A stretch of DNA of 61,296 nt. It comes from Bacteroidales bacterium (GTDB lineage Bacteria > Bacteroidota > Bacteroidia > Bacteroidales > WCHB1-69). The position numbers and the translations under genes are program-made. Under the pieces are notes generated by a model. It saw nothing but the letters and a program-made list of their open reading frames with translations, did no database searches and had not been told where the DNA came from. Below are positions 20,452 to 29,510 of the stretch, one piece after another (within the stretch, counting starts at the first letter, position 1; the number at the start of each line of letters is the position of its first letter). Location of the stretch: contig JAFYEU010000049.1 in NCBI GenBank assembly GCA_017544105.1, forward strand, positions 1 to 61,296. The letters run 5' to 3'.

Positions 20452-20763
20452 TTAAAAGTTATAATAATCAATTTCTGTTATCTCGGCACTGTAATACTCA
20501 ATCAACTGCTCGTCAAGTTCATTGACAGGCGCCGGCGTTTCTACCAGAGTCCCCTTCTCCTGTTTCTCGTGGTTGTTGATGTTGATGAATAACACGGAAC
20601 AGAGGACAAGCAGACATACGGCTGCGATGGAACTCATCCAGATGTTTCTCTTCTTTCGCTCCTCTTTGTGAATGACATCCATGATGTTATCGGTCAGGTG
20701 CTCAAAATATCCATCCGGAATTTTGTAATGCTCTTCTTTGCTAAGTTGATCTAAGTCTAACAT
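20452..20763 (-). CDS. Single-pass membrane protein, putative anti-sigma factor
   Basis: 103 aa with one central TM helix (IWMSSIAAVCLLVLCSVLFINI), immediately downstream of an ECF sigma gene. Confidence 0.45.
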   Translation of the reverse strand: MLDLDQLSKEEHYKIPDGYFEHLTDNIMDVIHKEERKKRNIWMSSIAAVCLLVLCSVLFININNHEKQEKGTLVETPAPVNELDEQLIEYYSAEITEIDYYNF

Positions 20764-20802
20764 AATTCTTGAAAAATAACAAAACTAATGACTATGCAAC
20801 TT

Positions 20803-21360
20803 TTAAAAGGTTAAATGCTCTGAAATATTTTTTTTGATTTTTTCTACGGCAAAATGATAGGACGCTTTCAAGGCGCTCTCCGAGGTGCCGAAGATCTCGG
20901 ACATCTCCGCGTATGGCATCTCTTCATAATAGCGCATCGTGAACACTGCCCGTTGCTTGGGAGGCAGCTTGATGATGGACTCTTGAAGCAGGTTCTCTAT
21001 CTCGGAAGGGGAGATGAAGTTAGTCTCCGCCTGTGTCACCACCATGAAGTCCGTGTAACTGTCATCGTCGAGGTTGAGCAGCTTCTTTTTCTTCTCGATG
21101 AAGGTCAGGGCTTCGTTGGTGCAGATTCGTGAGATCCAAGTCTTCAACGCCGATTCACCCCTGAAGTTTTCCAAGTTGCGCCAGATCTTCAGGCATACAT
21201 TTTGGGTTACGTCATTGGCATCTTCGTGACTGACAACAATACGTCTTGCGTTGTAGTAGATAAAACGCTGGTATTTGTTTAACAACAGCTTGAAGGCCTG
21301 CTCTTTGGTCTTCTTGTTAGCGAACAACTGCAGGATATATTCGTCTGTGATTTCAGCCAT
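20803..21360 (-). CDS. ECF-type RNA polymerase sigma-70 factor
   Basis: 185 aa. Region 2 (YQRFIYYNARRIVVSHEDANDVTQNVCLKIW) and region 4 HTH (LPPKQRAVFTMRYYEEMPYAEMSEIFGTSESALKASYHFA). Confidence 0.85.
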   Translation of the reverse strand: MAEITDEYILQLFANKKTKEQAFKLLLNKYQRFIYYNARRIVVSHEDANDVTQNVCLKIWRNLENFRGESALKTWISRICTNEALTFIEKKKKLLNLDDDSYTDFMVVTQAETNFISPSEIENLLQESIIKLPPKQRAVFTMRYYEEMPYAEMSEIFGTSESALKASYHFAVEKIKKNISEHLTF

Positions 21361-21366
21361 GGTGTG

Positions 21367-22320
21367 TTATTTGCGTACGATAACTCTTTTGCATGCTTCT
21401 GTGATGTTCTCCTCATCCAGATGATAGAGTGTCATCAGTTCGGCAGGGGTGCCGCTCTCGCCGAATTTGTCGTTTACGGCAACCATCTCTACGGGGGTGG
21501 GCAGCTTTCTGCACAGCAGTTGGCAGATGGAGTCTCCCAAACCGCCGTTCATCAAGTGCTCTTCGGCCACAACACAGCAGCGGGTCTTGCGCACACTGTT
21601 CAGAACAGCCTCTTCGTCCAAAGGCTTGATGGTGGCGATGTCAATCACCTCTGCGGAGAAACCTTGTTCATGCAAGGTGTAGGCGGCTTGCAATGCCGGA
21701 TAAACCAAATGCCCCGTGGCGAAGATGGTCACGTCGGTTCCTTCATTCATCGTGATGGCCTTGCCGATGACAAACGGCTGGTCCTCAGGCGTGAAGACTG
21801 GCACGGAAGGACGGCCGAAGCGAAGGTACACGGGTCCGTTGTACTCCGCCGCCGCAATGGTGGCCATCTTGGTCTGGTTGTAGTCGCAAGGGTTGATCAC
21901 GACCATGTTGGGCAGCATCTTCATGAGCCCGATATCCTCCATCATCTGGTGTGTAGCTCCGTCTTCACCTACCGTCAGGCCGGCGTGCGAAGAGCAAATC
22001 TTGACATTCAGGTTGGAGTAGGCCACGGCCATCCGGATCTGATCGTACACACGTCCGGTCATAAAGCCGGCGAAGGTGCTCGCAAAGGGAACCTTCCCAC
22101 TTAATGCCAATCCGGCGGCAATGCCGACCATGTTGGCCTCTGCAATGCCGACCTGGATGAATCTATCAGGGAATTCGGCTTTGAATCCCCCCATCTTGAC
22201 GCTGCCGGTCACATCTGCCGTGAGCGCAAATACATTCTGATTCCGTTTGCCCGCTTCTACTAAGCCGTCACCAAATCCGGAGCGGGTGTCTTTTTTAATG
22301 CTGCTTTCTATTTTTTCCAT
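21367..22320 (-). CDS. Transketolase, C-terminal (pyrimidine-binding) subunit
   Basis: 317 aa: FGDGLVEAGKRNQNVFALTADV...FIQVGIAEANMVGIAAGLALSGKVPF...GEDGATHQMMEDIGLMKMLPNM. This is the typical second half of a split transketolase. Confidence 0.85.
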   Translation of the reverse strand: MEKIESSIKKDTRSGFGDGLVEAGKRNQNVFALTADVTGSVKMGGFKAEFPDRFIQVGIAEANMVGIAAGLALSGKVPFASTFAGFMTGRVYDQIRMAVAYSNLNVKICSSHAGLTVGEDGATHQMMEDIGLMKMLPNMVVINPCDYNQTKMATIAAAEYNGPVYLRFGRPSVPVFTPEDQPFVIGKAITMNEGTDVTIFATGHLVYPALQAAYTLHEQGFSAEVIDIATIKPLDEEAVLNSVRKTRCCVVAEEHLMNGGLGDSICQLLCRKLPTPVEMVAVNDKFGESGTPAELMTLYHLDEENITEACKRVIVRK

Positions 22321-22349
22321 TCGTATGAAGATTTGCTATAAAGAAAATG

Positions 22350-22357
22350 CAAAAATA
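22350..22357 (-). promoter_or_regulatory. Putative -7 box (TATTTTTG on minus strand) for the transketolase-C/ECF sigma unit
   Basis: CAAAAATA on the plus strand, 30 nt upstream of the start at 22320. Confidence 0.5.
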
Positions 22358-22422
22358 CGAAAAATGATAAAAGCAAGTTATAAAAAAAAATAGTTTATTT
22401 GTATGCTCATTTTTCTGCATGG

Positions 22423-25400
22423 ATGAAGGCCCGTTTTAGACTGCTACTTATAATATTATTGTATACCTCATTTCTGTCGGCCCAAGAGGGTCGAGCGCCC
22501 CGCCTCGCCCATCATCTTGTGGAATCACTCTCCTTTCGCCTGGATACCCTCTCCGTCATTCCCGGCTCCTTCCGCTTCGTCGGGACGGCCCCTAGCCGCT
22601 GGAAACTCGATCCTATCGCCGCCACCCTCTACCTCTATGACTCCACCCTCATAGGCTCAACCCTCTCCTATGAATATCAAACCTATCAGATGGATTTCTC
22701 CAAACCGCTGTTCCATAAAGACAGGTCTCTGATAGAGTCCGCAACTCCCTATGCCATTTCTGTTCCCGAGTACCCTTCGTGGTCATCCGATCCTTCCGAA
22801 GACAATTCCCGCCTGATAAGTTCCGGCTCTATCTCCCGTGGTGTCTCTGTGGGCAATAGCCAAGATCTGGTCCTGAACTCTTCCCTGAATTTGCAACTGT
22901 CTGGTTATGTGTCGGATAATATTCAGATCCAAGCTGTTATATCAGATAAAAATATCCCAATCCAGCCCGAAGGTAATACGCAGAATATAAACAATATTAA
23001 TAATGTATATATTAAATTAATGTTTCAGGATAAGGCCCAAGTCTGTGGCGGCGACATAGAGCTTCCGGCGCCGCATAGCCGCTTTCTCTTCACCACCGGC
23101 AGCCTGTTGGGTATGGAAGGATTGGTGCGGACTTCTTTCAAACAGGACATGACGCTGGTGAACCGATTGGGCGGGGGCGTTGCCAAAGGCCATTTTGTGC
23201 AACAGACCATCCAGCCCCAGACCGGCGTGCAGGGCCCTTACAAGCTCACCGGTGAGTTCGGAGAACTGGGCATCGTCATCATTGCCGGTTCCGAACGGGT
23301 CTATGTGGATGGAAAACTGCTGACCCGCGGTTTGGATAACGACTATGTCATCGACTACAATACGGCGGAACTTACCTTCACGCCCGCCATGCTGATGGCA
23401 GCGGAAAAACGTGTGATCGTGGAATTTGAATACTCCGACCGTCATTATTCCCGTTATGCACTCTATTCGTACAACGATTTTCAGAAGGGTCGTCACCAAT
23501 TGCATGTCAATTTTTACCAATATCAGGATCTGAAAAGCCAGTCGTTGCAGCCTGAGTTGTCCGATGTGCAGAAGCTCTTCCTGTCGCAGGTGGGTGACCA
23601 TGGAACCGCCGTGCCCTACCGCTCTTTTGAGGCTGTTCCCTTCACCCATGATCGTGTCTTATATGCCCGCCGCGATACCGTGGTGGACGGGCAGACCTTC
23701 CAAGGTGTCTTTGTCTATACAGCCGATCCCTCTCAGACCGTGTATGCTCCTGCCTTCACCTATGTGGGTGCCCACAAGGGTTCTTATCAGCTACAGAGTT
23801 CCACCACGAACGGGAGGGTGTTCGCTTGGGTGGCGCCCGTGGACGGACAACCGCAAGGCGATTATGAGGCGGCTGTGTTACTTACAACCCCCAAGTTGGC
23901 CCAAATGCTGACGATTGCCTCCGAAAGCCAGTTTACCGATCGCTTTTCGTTGGAAAATGAACTTGCGCTCTCCCAATATGACCAGAATCTTTTCTCCAAA
24001 CAAGACGATAAAGACAATGTGGGTTTTTCGTATCACTTGGCCGCCAAGCATCTCCAGCCTTTGCAGAAAAATGCCGATAAGAATTCTGCATGGCGACTTC
24101 TCTCCGAGGTGGAATGGCAGTTCGTGCATAAGTATTTCCATGCCATAGAGCGTTTCCGAGAAGTGGAGTTCGCCCGTGATTTCAACCTGTCAACACAAGA
24201 TTCCACGCCCTATTCGGAGCAGATGCTCCATGTCGGGCTGACCGTTGAAAAGCCTTCATACAGCACTACTAGCTATGCCTTGAACTGGTTCTCCCAGCTC
24301 CAGCACCTCTATGCGTTGCGTCATGAGGTGCTCTCCCATCAGCGATGGAAAGGTTTCCGTTTTGACACCAGAACCACCTTCCTCCATTCGGAGGACTCGA
24401 TCCAACACACGCGCTACTGGACATCCGACAATCAGTTGGGCTATACATTCAAACAAATGGAGGTCGGGGTGCGGGACCTGATGGAGCATAATCTTTTTAG
24501 TGATGTCGCCACAGACACCCTGCGCGCGAACAGCTTCGCCTTTCATGAGGTGGAGGCTTATCTCCGCAACAATCCTCAACAATCGAAACACCTCTTCCAA
24601 CTGTCCTATATAAACCGGCTGGAGTGGAGTCCCGACACCGCTGATCTGCAGCTGCATCTCGTCATTCATGAAGCCAAGGCTATGTATTCCATGCGACAAT
24701 GGGAAAATCACCAGCTGACCCTGAAAGGCACCTATCGCAACCAGCGACTGACGAGTCAGGCTGCTCCTGAACACTATTTTGTCGGGAATTTGGACTATGT
24801 AGGACGCTTTTTCAAAAAATCACTGTTGTTCCAAACATACTACGAACTTGGCAGCGGCATGGAACAACAAAAGGTCTTCACGTTCCTGAAGGTCGCCCCA
24901 GGACAGGGAACCCATGTTTGGAACGACTACAACGGCAATGGGATTGAAGAACTCGAGGAGTTTGAATTGGCCGCCTTCCAGTATGAGGCCGACTATATCA
25001 AAGTCTTCCTTTCAAGCAACAACTATATCAATACCTTCAATAACCAGTTGACGCAGACGGTACAGTTCCGTCCCGCTAATTTGTGGAACAAGCCTGCCGG
25101 TTTCCGCAAATTTCTGGCCCGTTTCTCCGAGGTGGCGATGTTTCGTTCCCAACAGAAGGATATGCGGCCTATGATGAACCCGTTTTATACCCATTTGGAG
25201 GACACCAACTTGATTTCCAGCAATATGCTGTTCAACAATACACTCTCCTTCAACAACAGCTCGTCTATATTTGCATTTGACTATATCTATCAGAGAGGCC
25301 AGCAGAAAAACTTGCTCTACTATGGGTTTGAAAGATCGTCCGTCAGACTCCATCACCTGCTTGTGAAAAGCGCTCCCTCAAAAATGTTACGGCTTCAGAC

Positions 25401-25863
25401 CGGGTACTTTTTCAAGATCACAGGCAACATGTCGGAGGCCATGTCCGCCCGCTGTTATGAGATTTCACAGCATCAGGTGGAAGGGAAGGTGGTCTTCCAA
25501 TACCGCAATGCCTATACGATGACCGCGGATTATGTCTGGATGCAAAAACGGGAGAAAACCGGTTCTGGAGCCTATATGAATGAGCATAAAGCCTCGCTGA
25601 CCGCGGATCTTCGTTTTGCCCGCTACGGTGTGCTTACCAGTTCCGTTCAATATGTCTTTATCCGGGGCGATGTGGAGCCCAACACCTCCTTGCATTATGT
25701 GATGTTGGAGGGTCTTTCCGTCGGGCAGAATGCCTTGTGGGAGCTTCGTTATCAACTCTCTTTGAACAGTTACCTGCAGCTGGCGCTCTATTACGAAGGC
25801 CGTTTTTCGCAGGGGCATAGGGTGGTGCATACCGGGAATGTGACTGTTCGGGCACAGTTCTGA
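22423..25863 (+). CDS. Large uncharacterised secreted protein, predicted outer-membrane beta-barrel (~1146 aa)
   Basis: Uninterrupted ORF. ATG at 22423 gives the signal peptide MKARFRLLLIILLYTSFLSAQEG (the ORF track begins at a TTG at 22399). The C-terminus has alternating hydrophobic beta-strand patterns and ends ...HTGNVTVRAQF, with a terminal Phe as in an OMP beta-signal. I do not recognise the family. Confidence 0.7.
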   Translation: MKARFRLLLIILLYTSFLSAQEGRAPRLAHHLVESLSFRLDTLSVIPGSFRFVGTAPSRWKLDPIAATLYLYDSTLIGSTLSYEYQTYQMDFSKPLFHKDRSLIESATPYAISVPEYPSWSSDPSEDNSRLISSGSISRGVSVGNSQDLVLNSSLNLQLSGYVSDNIQIQAVISDKNIPIQPEGNTQNINNINNVYIKLMFQDKAQVCGGDIELPAPHSRFLFTTGSLLGMEGLVRTSFKQDMTLVNRLGGGVAKGHFVQQTIQPQTGVQGPYKLTGEFGELGIVIIAGSERVYVDGKLLTRGLDNDYVIDYNTAELTFTPAMLMAAEKRVIVEFEYSDRHYSRYALYSYNDFQKGRHQLHVNFYQYQDLKSQSLQPELSDVQKLFLSQVGDHGTAVPYRSFEAVPFTHDRVLYARRDTVVDGQTFQGVFVYTADPSQTVYAPAFTYVGAHKGSYQLQSSTTNGRVFAWVAPVDGQPQGDYEAAVLLTTPKLAQMLTIASESQFTDRFSLENELALSQYDQNLFSKQDDKDNVGFSYHLAAKHLQPLQKNADKNSAWRLLSEVEWQFVHKYFHAIERFREVEFARDFNLSTQDSTPYSEQMLHVGLTVEKPSYSTTSYALNWFSQLQHLYALRHEVLSHQRWKGFRFDTRTTFLHSEDSIQHTRYWTSDNQLGYTFKQMEVGVRDLMEHNLFSDVATDTLRANSFAFHEVEAYLRNNPQQSKHLFQLSYINRLEWSPDTADLQLHLVIHEAKAMYSMRQWENHQLTLKGTYRNQRLTSQAAPEHYFVGNLDYVGRFFKKSLLFQTYYELGSGMEQQKVFTFLKVAPGQGTHVWNDYNGNGIEELEEFELAAFQYEADYIKVFLSSNNYINTFNNQLTQTVQFRPANLWNKPAGFRKFLARFSEVAMFRSQQKDMRPMMNPFYTHLEDTNLISSNMLFNNTLSFNNSSSIFAFDYIYQRGQQKNLLYYGFERSSVRLHHLLVKSAPSKMLRLQTGYFFKITGNMSEAMSARCYEISQHQVEGKVVFQYRNAYTMTADYVWMQKREKTGSGAYMNEHKASLTADLRFARYGVLTSSVQYVFIRGDVEPNTSLHYVMLEGLSVGQNALWELRYQLSLNSYLQLALYYEGRFSQGHRVVHTGNVTVRAQF

Positions 25864-25996
25864 CCTGTTATCCATTTGGTTGAATCTTTTTATCCTAACT
25901 TATTTTTTTACAATTGATATTCAGGCAGTTATAGCTATTTGCGCTTTTTGTCGATATTTTTTTTTCACGATATGGTTGAGACAAAAAAAAATGTTG

Positions 25997-26004
25997 TATT
26001 TTTG
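25997..26004 (+). promoter_or_regulatory. Putative -7 box TATTTTTG for the porP-porKLMN operon
   Basis: TAnnTTTG match about 150 nt upstream of the porP ATG. It is preceded by T9 (25957-25965) and A9 (25983-25991) tracts. Confidence 0.5.
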
Positions 26005-26156
26005 GCGCTTAAAATTCTAATTGTGAGTTTTAGTGTGTAACTTTTTCTCAAAAATGAAGTATAATACTAATCCTCAGACTATGAGGATGTACTTCTTGAG
26101 ATTACATATTGAACTGACTATTAGGAAGTTGTATGGATAATTAAAAGAATTATATA

Positions 26157-27203
26157 ATGAATATTCGGACCATCAGAATCGGTATTTTGGCATTGATCAC
26201 AATGTTTTTTACTGTGAAAAGTTTTGCCCAGGATGATGTGCAATTTACACTTTTTCCATGGGCAACCTCCTATTATAATGCTGGAGGCATAGGGGAGCAG
26301 AATAACACATTGTGTTTTACGGCTATGTACGGAAGCAAATATACCGCTTGGAATGATGTGTACTATAATGACTCTGGAGAGATGCAGAAAGACAAGACGG
26401 CTCCGCAGGATTTCCTCCTCAATATTGAGTCTTATCTGAAGAAACTGCATGGTTCATTGGGCGTTTCGTTGGTGAGCGACCGCATAGGTTATTATCAAAA
26501 TATTGATGTCAAGTTGGGCTATGCGTACAAATTGCGCATTGGAGGAGGTCATTTGGGAATTGGAGCCCAGGTTGCATTGTATAATCAAGCTATTGACGCA
26601 GACAAATATCGTCCGATCAATCCGGGAGATCCTACCATTGATCAATTGGGCGAGTCCACGATGGATTTGGATTTCAATTTCGGATTGTTGTATAAATCCG
26701 ACCAATGGTATGCAGGTCTGGGTGTTACGAAGATCGGTAGTGCTTTCGACAAGAACCAGGTGCTGCGTGTATCCGGTGATCACGGATCCATGAGAAATCC
26801 CCAGTTGTATGCGCATGGTGGATACACGTGGGTGATTCCCGCCAACCCGAACTGGGAGTTGCTTCCTCAAGCTTTGGTGAAGACGGATTTCAAAACCTTC
26901 CAGTTCGACATCATGGCGTTGGTGCGTTACAATGGCATTTTCTGGGGCGGACTCAGCTATCGTTTTCAGGATGCTGTCAACATCATGTTCGGCGCACGTC
27001 CGTTCTACAATTCTTCGAATGTCTATTTGAAAGGTTTGGACGCCGGTATCTCCTACGGTTTCACTACGAACACGCTGGGATACCGTCCTAATAGAAGCTT
27101 TGGCGATATCGAGGTGATGGTTAGATACTGCTTCGATATTTATAGACCAGAGATCTTCTCCGGTTATGGCAACACGCGTTATATTTATAAAAATAGATAC
27201 TAA
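26157..27203 (+). CDS. porP: T9SS outer-membrane protein, PorP/SprF family
   Basis: Signal peptide followed by the family pattern (GVSLVSDRIGYYQNIDVKLGYAYKL, DLDFNFGLLY, WYAGLGV, GGLSYRFQDA, ISYGF...GDIEVMVRYCF). Located directly upstream of porK. Confidence 0.8.
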   Translation: MNIRTIRIGILALITMFFTVKSFAQDDVQFTLFPWATSYYNAGGIGEQNNTLCFTAMYGSKYTAWNDVYYNDSGEMQKDKTAPQDFLLNIESYLKKLHGSLGVSLVSDRIGYYQNIDVKLGYAYKLRIGGGHLGIGAQVALYNQAIDADKYRPINPGDPTIDQLGESTMDLDFNFGLLYKSDQWYAGLGVTKIGSAFDKNQVLRVSGDHGSMRNPQLYAHGGYTWVIPANPNWELLPQALVKTDFKTFQFDIMALVRYNGIFWGGLSYRFQDAVNIMFGARPFYNSSNVYLKGLDAGISYGFTTNTLGYRPNRSFGDIEVMVRYCFDIYRPEIFSGYGNTRYIYKNRY

Positions 27204-27258
27204 CCACAATATTTGTGAACAAACTTACGTTAATAGAAAATATAAATCTTATATCAAT

Positions 27259-28689
27259 ATGAAAAGGGTAATTATTCTAGTCGCAGCGATGCTTGTTGTT
27301 TTTGCATCCTGTAAGAATGGCGGTGACGGCCAGCTTGTTGGCGTTAAGGATCGTCCCGACGTTTTGGATTTGGAACCTTATGGCATGGTTTATGTCCCGA
27401 CCGGTCACTATGTGATGGGTGGCGGTGATGAGGATGTGCCGTTTGCCATGACTCAGCAGTCCAAGAATGTGACCGTTCAGGCCTTCTATATGGACGAGAC
27501 TGAGATTACCAACAATGAGTATCGCCAGTTCGTGTATTGGGTTCGTGACTCCATCGCCCATGTGCTGTTAGGTGAGGCTGAGATTACGGAAGAGGAGAAG
27601 TATGGTCACTACCAGAAATACAAGAAAGGTGAGAACGAGGGTGAGTTGATAGAGCCCAAGTTGATTAACTGGAAAGAGGAGATCCCTTGGGATTCCGAGA
27701 ACGAGGAGGTGCAGGCTGCGCTCAGTCCTTTGTTCAACAAGGTTAATACCCGTTTCTATCACTATCGTCCCAATACGACCAATGTCTCCATGTACAACTT
27801 TGAGTATTGGTGGTATGATTATCGCAACTTCCGCGATGCCAAAGATCCCGACCAGTTCGGTGCGGCTACCAAGGAGTTCGAAAAGGAACCTACAGAATAT
27901 GGTGGTTTGTATGCCAATCGTCCCAGCAGTATGGGTACGGGCTATCAGCGTTTTATCAGACATGAGGTGGTCAATATCTACCCGGATACCTTGTGTTGGG
28001 CGCACGACTTTGTCTATTCCTACAATGAGCCGATGGTTCTGAACTATTTTGCTAACCCTCAATATGATAATTACCCTGTCGTAGGTGTTAGCTGGAAACA
28101 GGCCAAGGCTTTCTCTTATTGGAGAACCCATCTTCGTATGTCCTGGCTTGCTACGAAGGAATACGCTAATGAGCAAGAGTTCAGACTTCCGATCGAGGCT
28201 GAATGGGAATGGGCTGCCAGAGGTGGCAATGAGTTGGCTACCTATCCGTGGGGTGGTATCTACACCGCCAACCGTAACGGCTGCTTCCTGAGCAACTTCA
28301 AACCTCAAAGAGGTAACTATATTGCCGATGACAACTTCTATCCGAGCATTGTGGCCCACTATCATCCCAACGACTGGGGCCTCTTCGATATGTCCGGCAA
28401 CGTGGCAGAGTGGTGTGAGGACGCTTTCGACAAGTCCGCCACCAACTTCACGCACGACATGAACCCGGTTTATGTGTATTATGCTAAGAAAGATGACTCC
28501 CCCGCCAAGAAGAGAAAAGTGATCCGCGGTGGTTCCTGGAAAGATGTAAGCTATTACACGACCGTTTATGCCCGTACCTTTGAATATCAGGATACCTGTA
28601 AGTCTTACGTAGGTTTCCGTAATGTTCAAACCTTTATGGGCCGTCAGAGAGGAGATAACTCCAGCAGAAGTGCCTCTCATGTTTACTAG
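27259..28689 (+). CDS. porK: T9SS ring lipoprotein PorK/GldK (FGE-sulfatase/SUMF1-like domain)
   Basis: The ATG at 27259 gives the lipoprotein signal MKRVIILVAAMLVVFASC. It is followed by GMVYVPTGHYVMG...FYMDETEITNNEYRQF...GVSWKQAKAF...RGGSWKD. Confidence 0.9.
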   Translation: MKRVIILVAAMLVVFASCKNGGDGQLVGVKDRPDVLDLEPYGMVYVPTGHYVMGGGDEDVPFAMTQQSKNVTVQAFYMDETEITNNEYRQFVYWVRDSIAHVLLGEAEITEEEKYGHYQKYKKGENEGELIEPKLINWKEEIPWDSENEEVQAALSPLFNKVNTRFYHYRPNTTNVSMYNFEYWWYDYRNFRDAKDPDQFGAATKEFEKEPTEYGGLYANRPSSMGTGYQRFIRHEVVNIYPDTLCWAHDFVYSYNEPMVLNYFANPQYDNYPVVGVSWKQAKAFSYWRTHLRMSWLATKEYANEQEFRLPIEAEWEWAARGGNELATYPWGGIYTANRNGCFLSNFKPQRGNYIADDNFYPSIVAHYHPNDWGLFDMSGNVAEWCEDAFDKSATNFTHDMNPVYVYYAKKDDSPAKKRKVIRGGSWKDVSYYTTVYARTFEYQDTCKSYVGFRNVQTFMGRQRGDNSSRSASHVY

Positions 28690-28737
28690 AAATCTATTTA
28701 ATTCACAAAATCATTAACTTAATTAAAATTTAAACCA

Positions 28738-29454
28738 ATGAATTTTATTGACAGATTAGTTAGATCAAATGGTTACAAGAACTTCATGGCCAAGTTGTAT
28801 GGCTGGGGCGCAGCCGTCGTTATCGTAGGTGCCTTGTTTAAAATCTTACACTGGCCGGGTGCAAACATCATGTTGATGATCGGTATGTTCACGGAATCCA
28901 TCATCTTCTTCCTTTCCGCTTTTGAACCGCCTCACATGGAGTTCAACTGGGCCTTGGTCTATCCGGAACTGGCTACCGGTGAGGAAATCGAAGTCACTGA
29001 AAGAAAGAAGAAAAAACAAATCGCTGGTGAAACTCCTACCCAACAGCTCGACAAGATGTTGGAAGAGGCCAAGATTGGTCCCGATCTTATTGAAAGTCTT
29101 GCTACCGGTATGAGAAACCTCGGCGACAACGCCAAGAAACTGGCTGGTATGTCTGATGCTACCGTTGCTTCCGACGCTTTCGTGGGCAACCTGACCAAAG
29201 CCGCCGAATCTGTCCGCAATATGACGCTCAAATATGACAAGATCGCCAATTCTCTCGAAACGGACGCTTCTGCATCCACCGCTTACGTGGAGAGCTTGAA
29301 GAAAGCCACCACCGCTGTGAACCAGATGGCTGCCGCTTACGAGCAGACGACGAACTACAAGTCTGAAATGGATAAGTTAACCAACAACATCTCCGCTTTG
29401 AGTAAGGTTTATGGCAACATGCTTGCCGCTATGGGCCAAACCCCCAGCAAATAA
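28738..29454 (+). CDS. porL: T9SS motor component PorL/GldL
   Basis: Two N-terminal TM helices with the GldL signature (LYGWGAAVVIVGALFKILHWPGAN...TESIIFFLSAFEPP), followed by a helical cytoplasmic tail. Confidence 0.88.
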   Translation: MNFIDRLVRSNGYKNFMAKLYGWGAAVVIVGALFKILHWPGANIMLMIGMFTESIIFFLSAFEPPHMEFNWALVYPELATGEEIEVTERKKKKQIAGETPTQQLDKMLEEAKIGPDLIESLATGMRNLGDNAKKLAGMSDATVASDAFVGNLTKAAESVRNMTLKYDKIANSLETDASASTAYVESLKKATTAVNQMAAAYEQTTNYKSEMDKLTNNISALSKVYGNMLAAMGQTPSK

Positions 29455-29510
29455 GCTTTATCTCAAGACGCAATAATCATTTTTATTCACTAATACTTTA
29501 AACATAAGAT

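Noticed and set aside
27166-27258. N-terminal extensions suggested by the ORF track for porK (27166), the cargo gene (39875), obg (16229), the glycogen-synthase-like gene (11438), mpl (3595), xseB (47887), the 57718 ORF and several TTG/GTG starts (22399, 33297, 42314, 58426).
   Set aside because: In each case a downstream ATG gives a canonical N-terminus (a signal peptide, lipobox or conserved family start). In most cases a TAnnTTTG promoter box or a hairpin also lies inside the extension.
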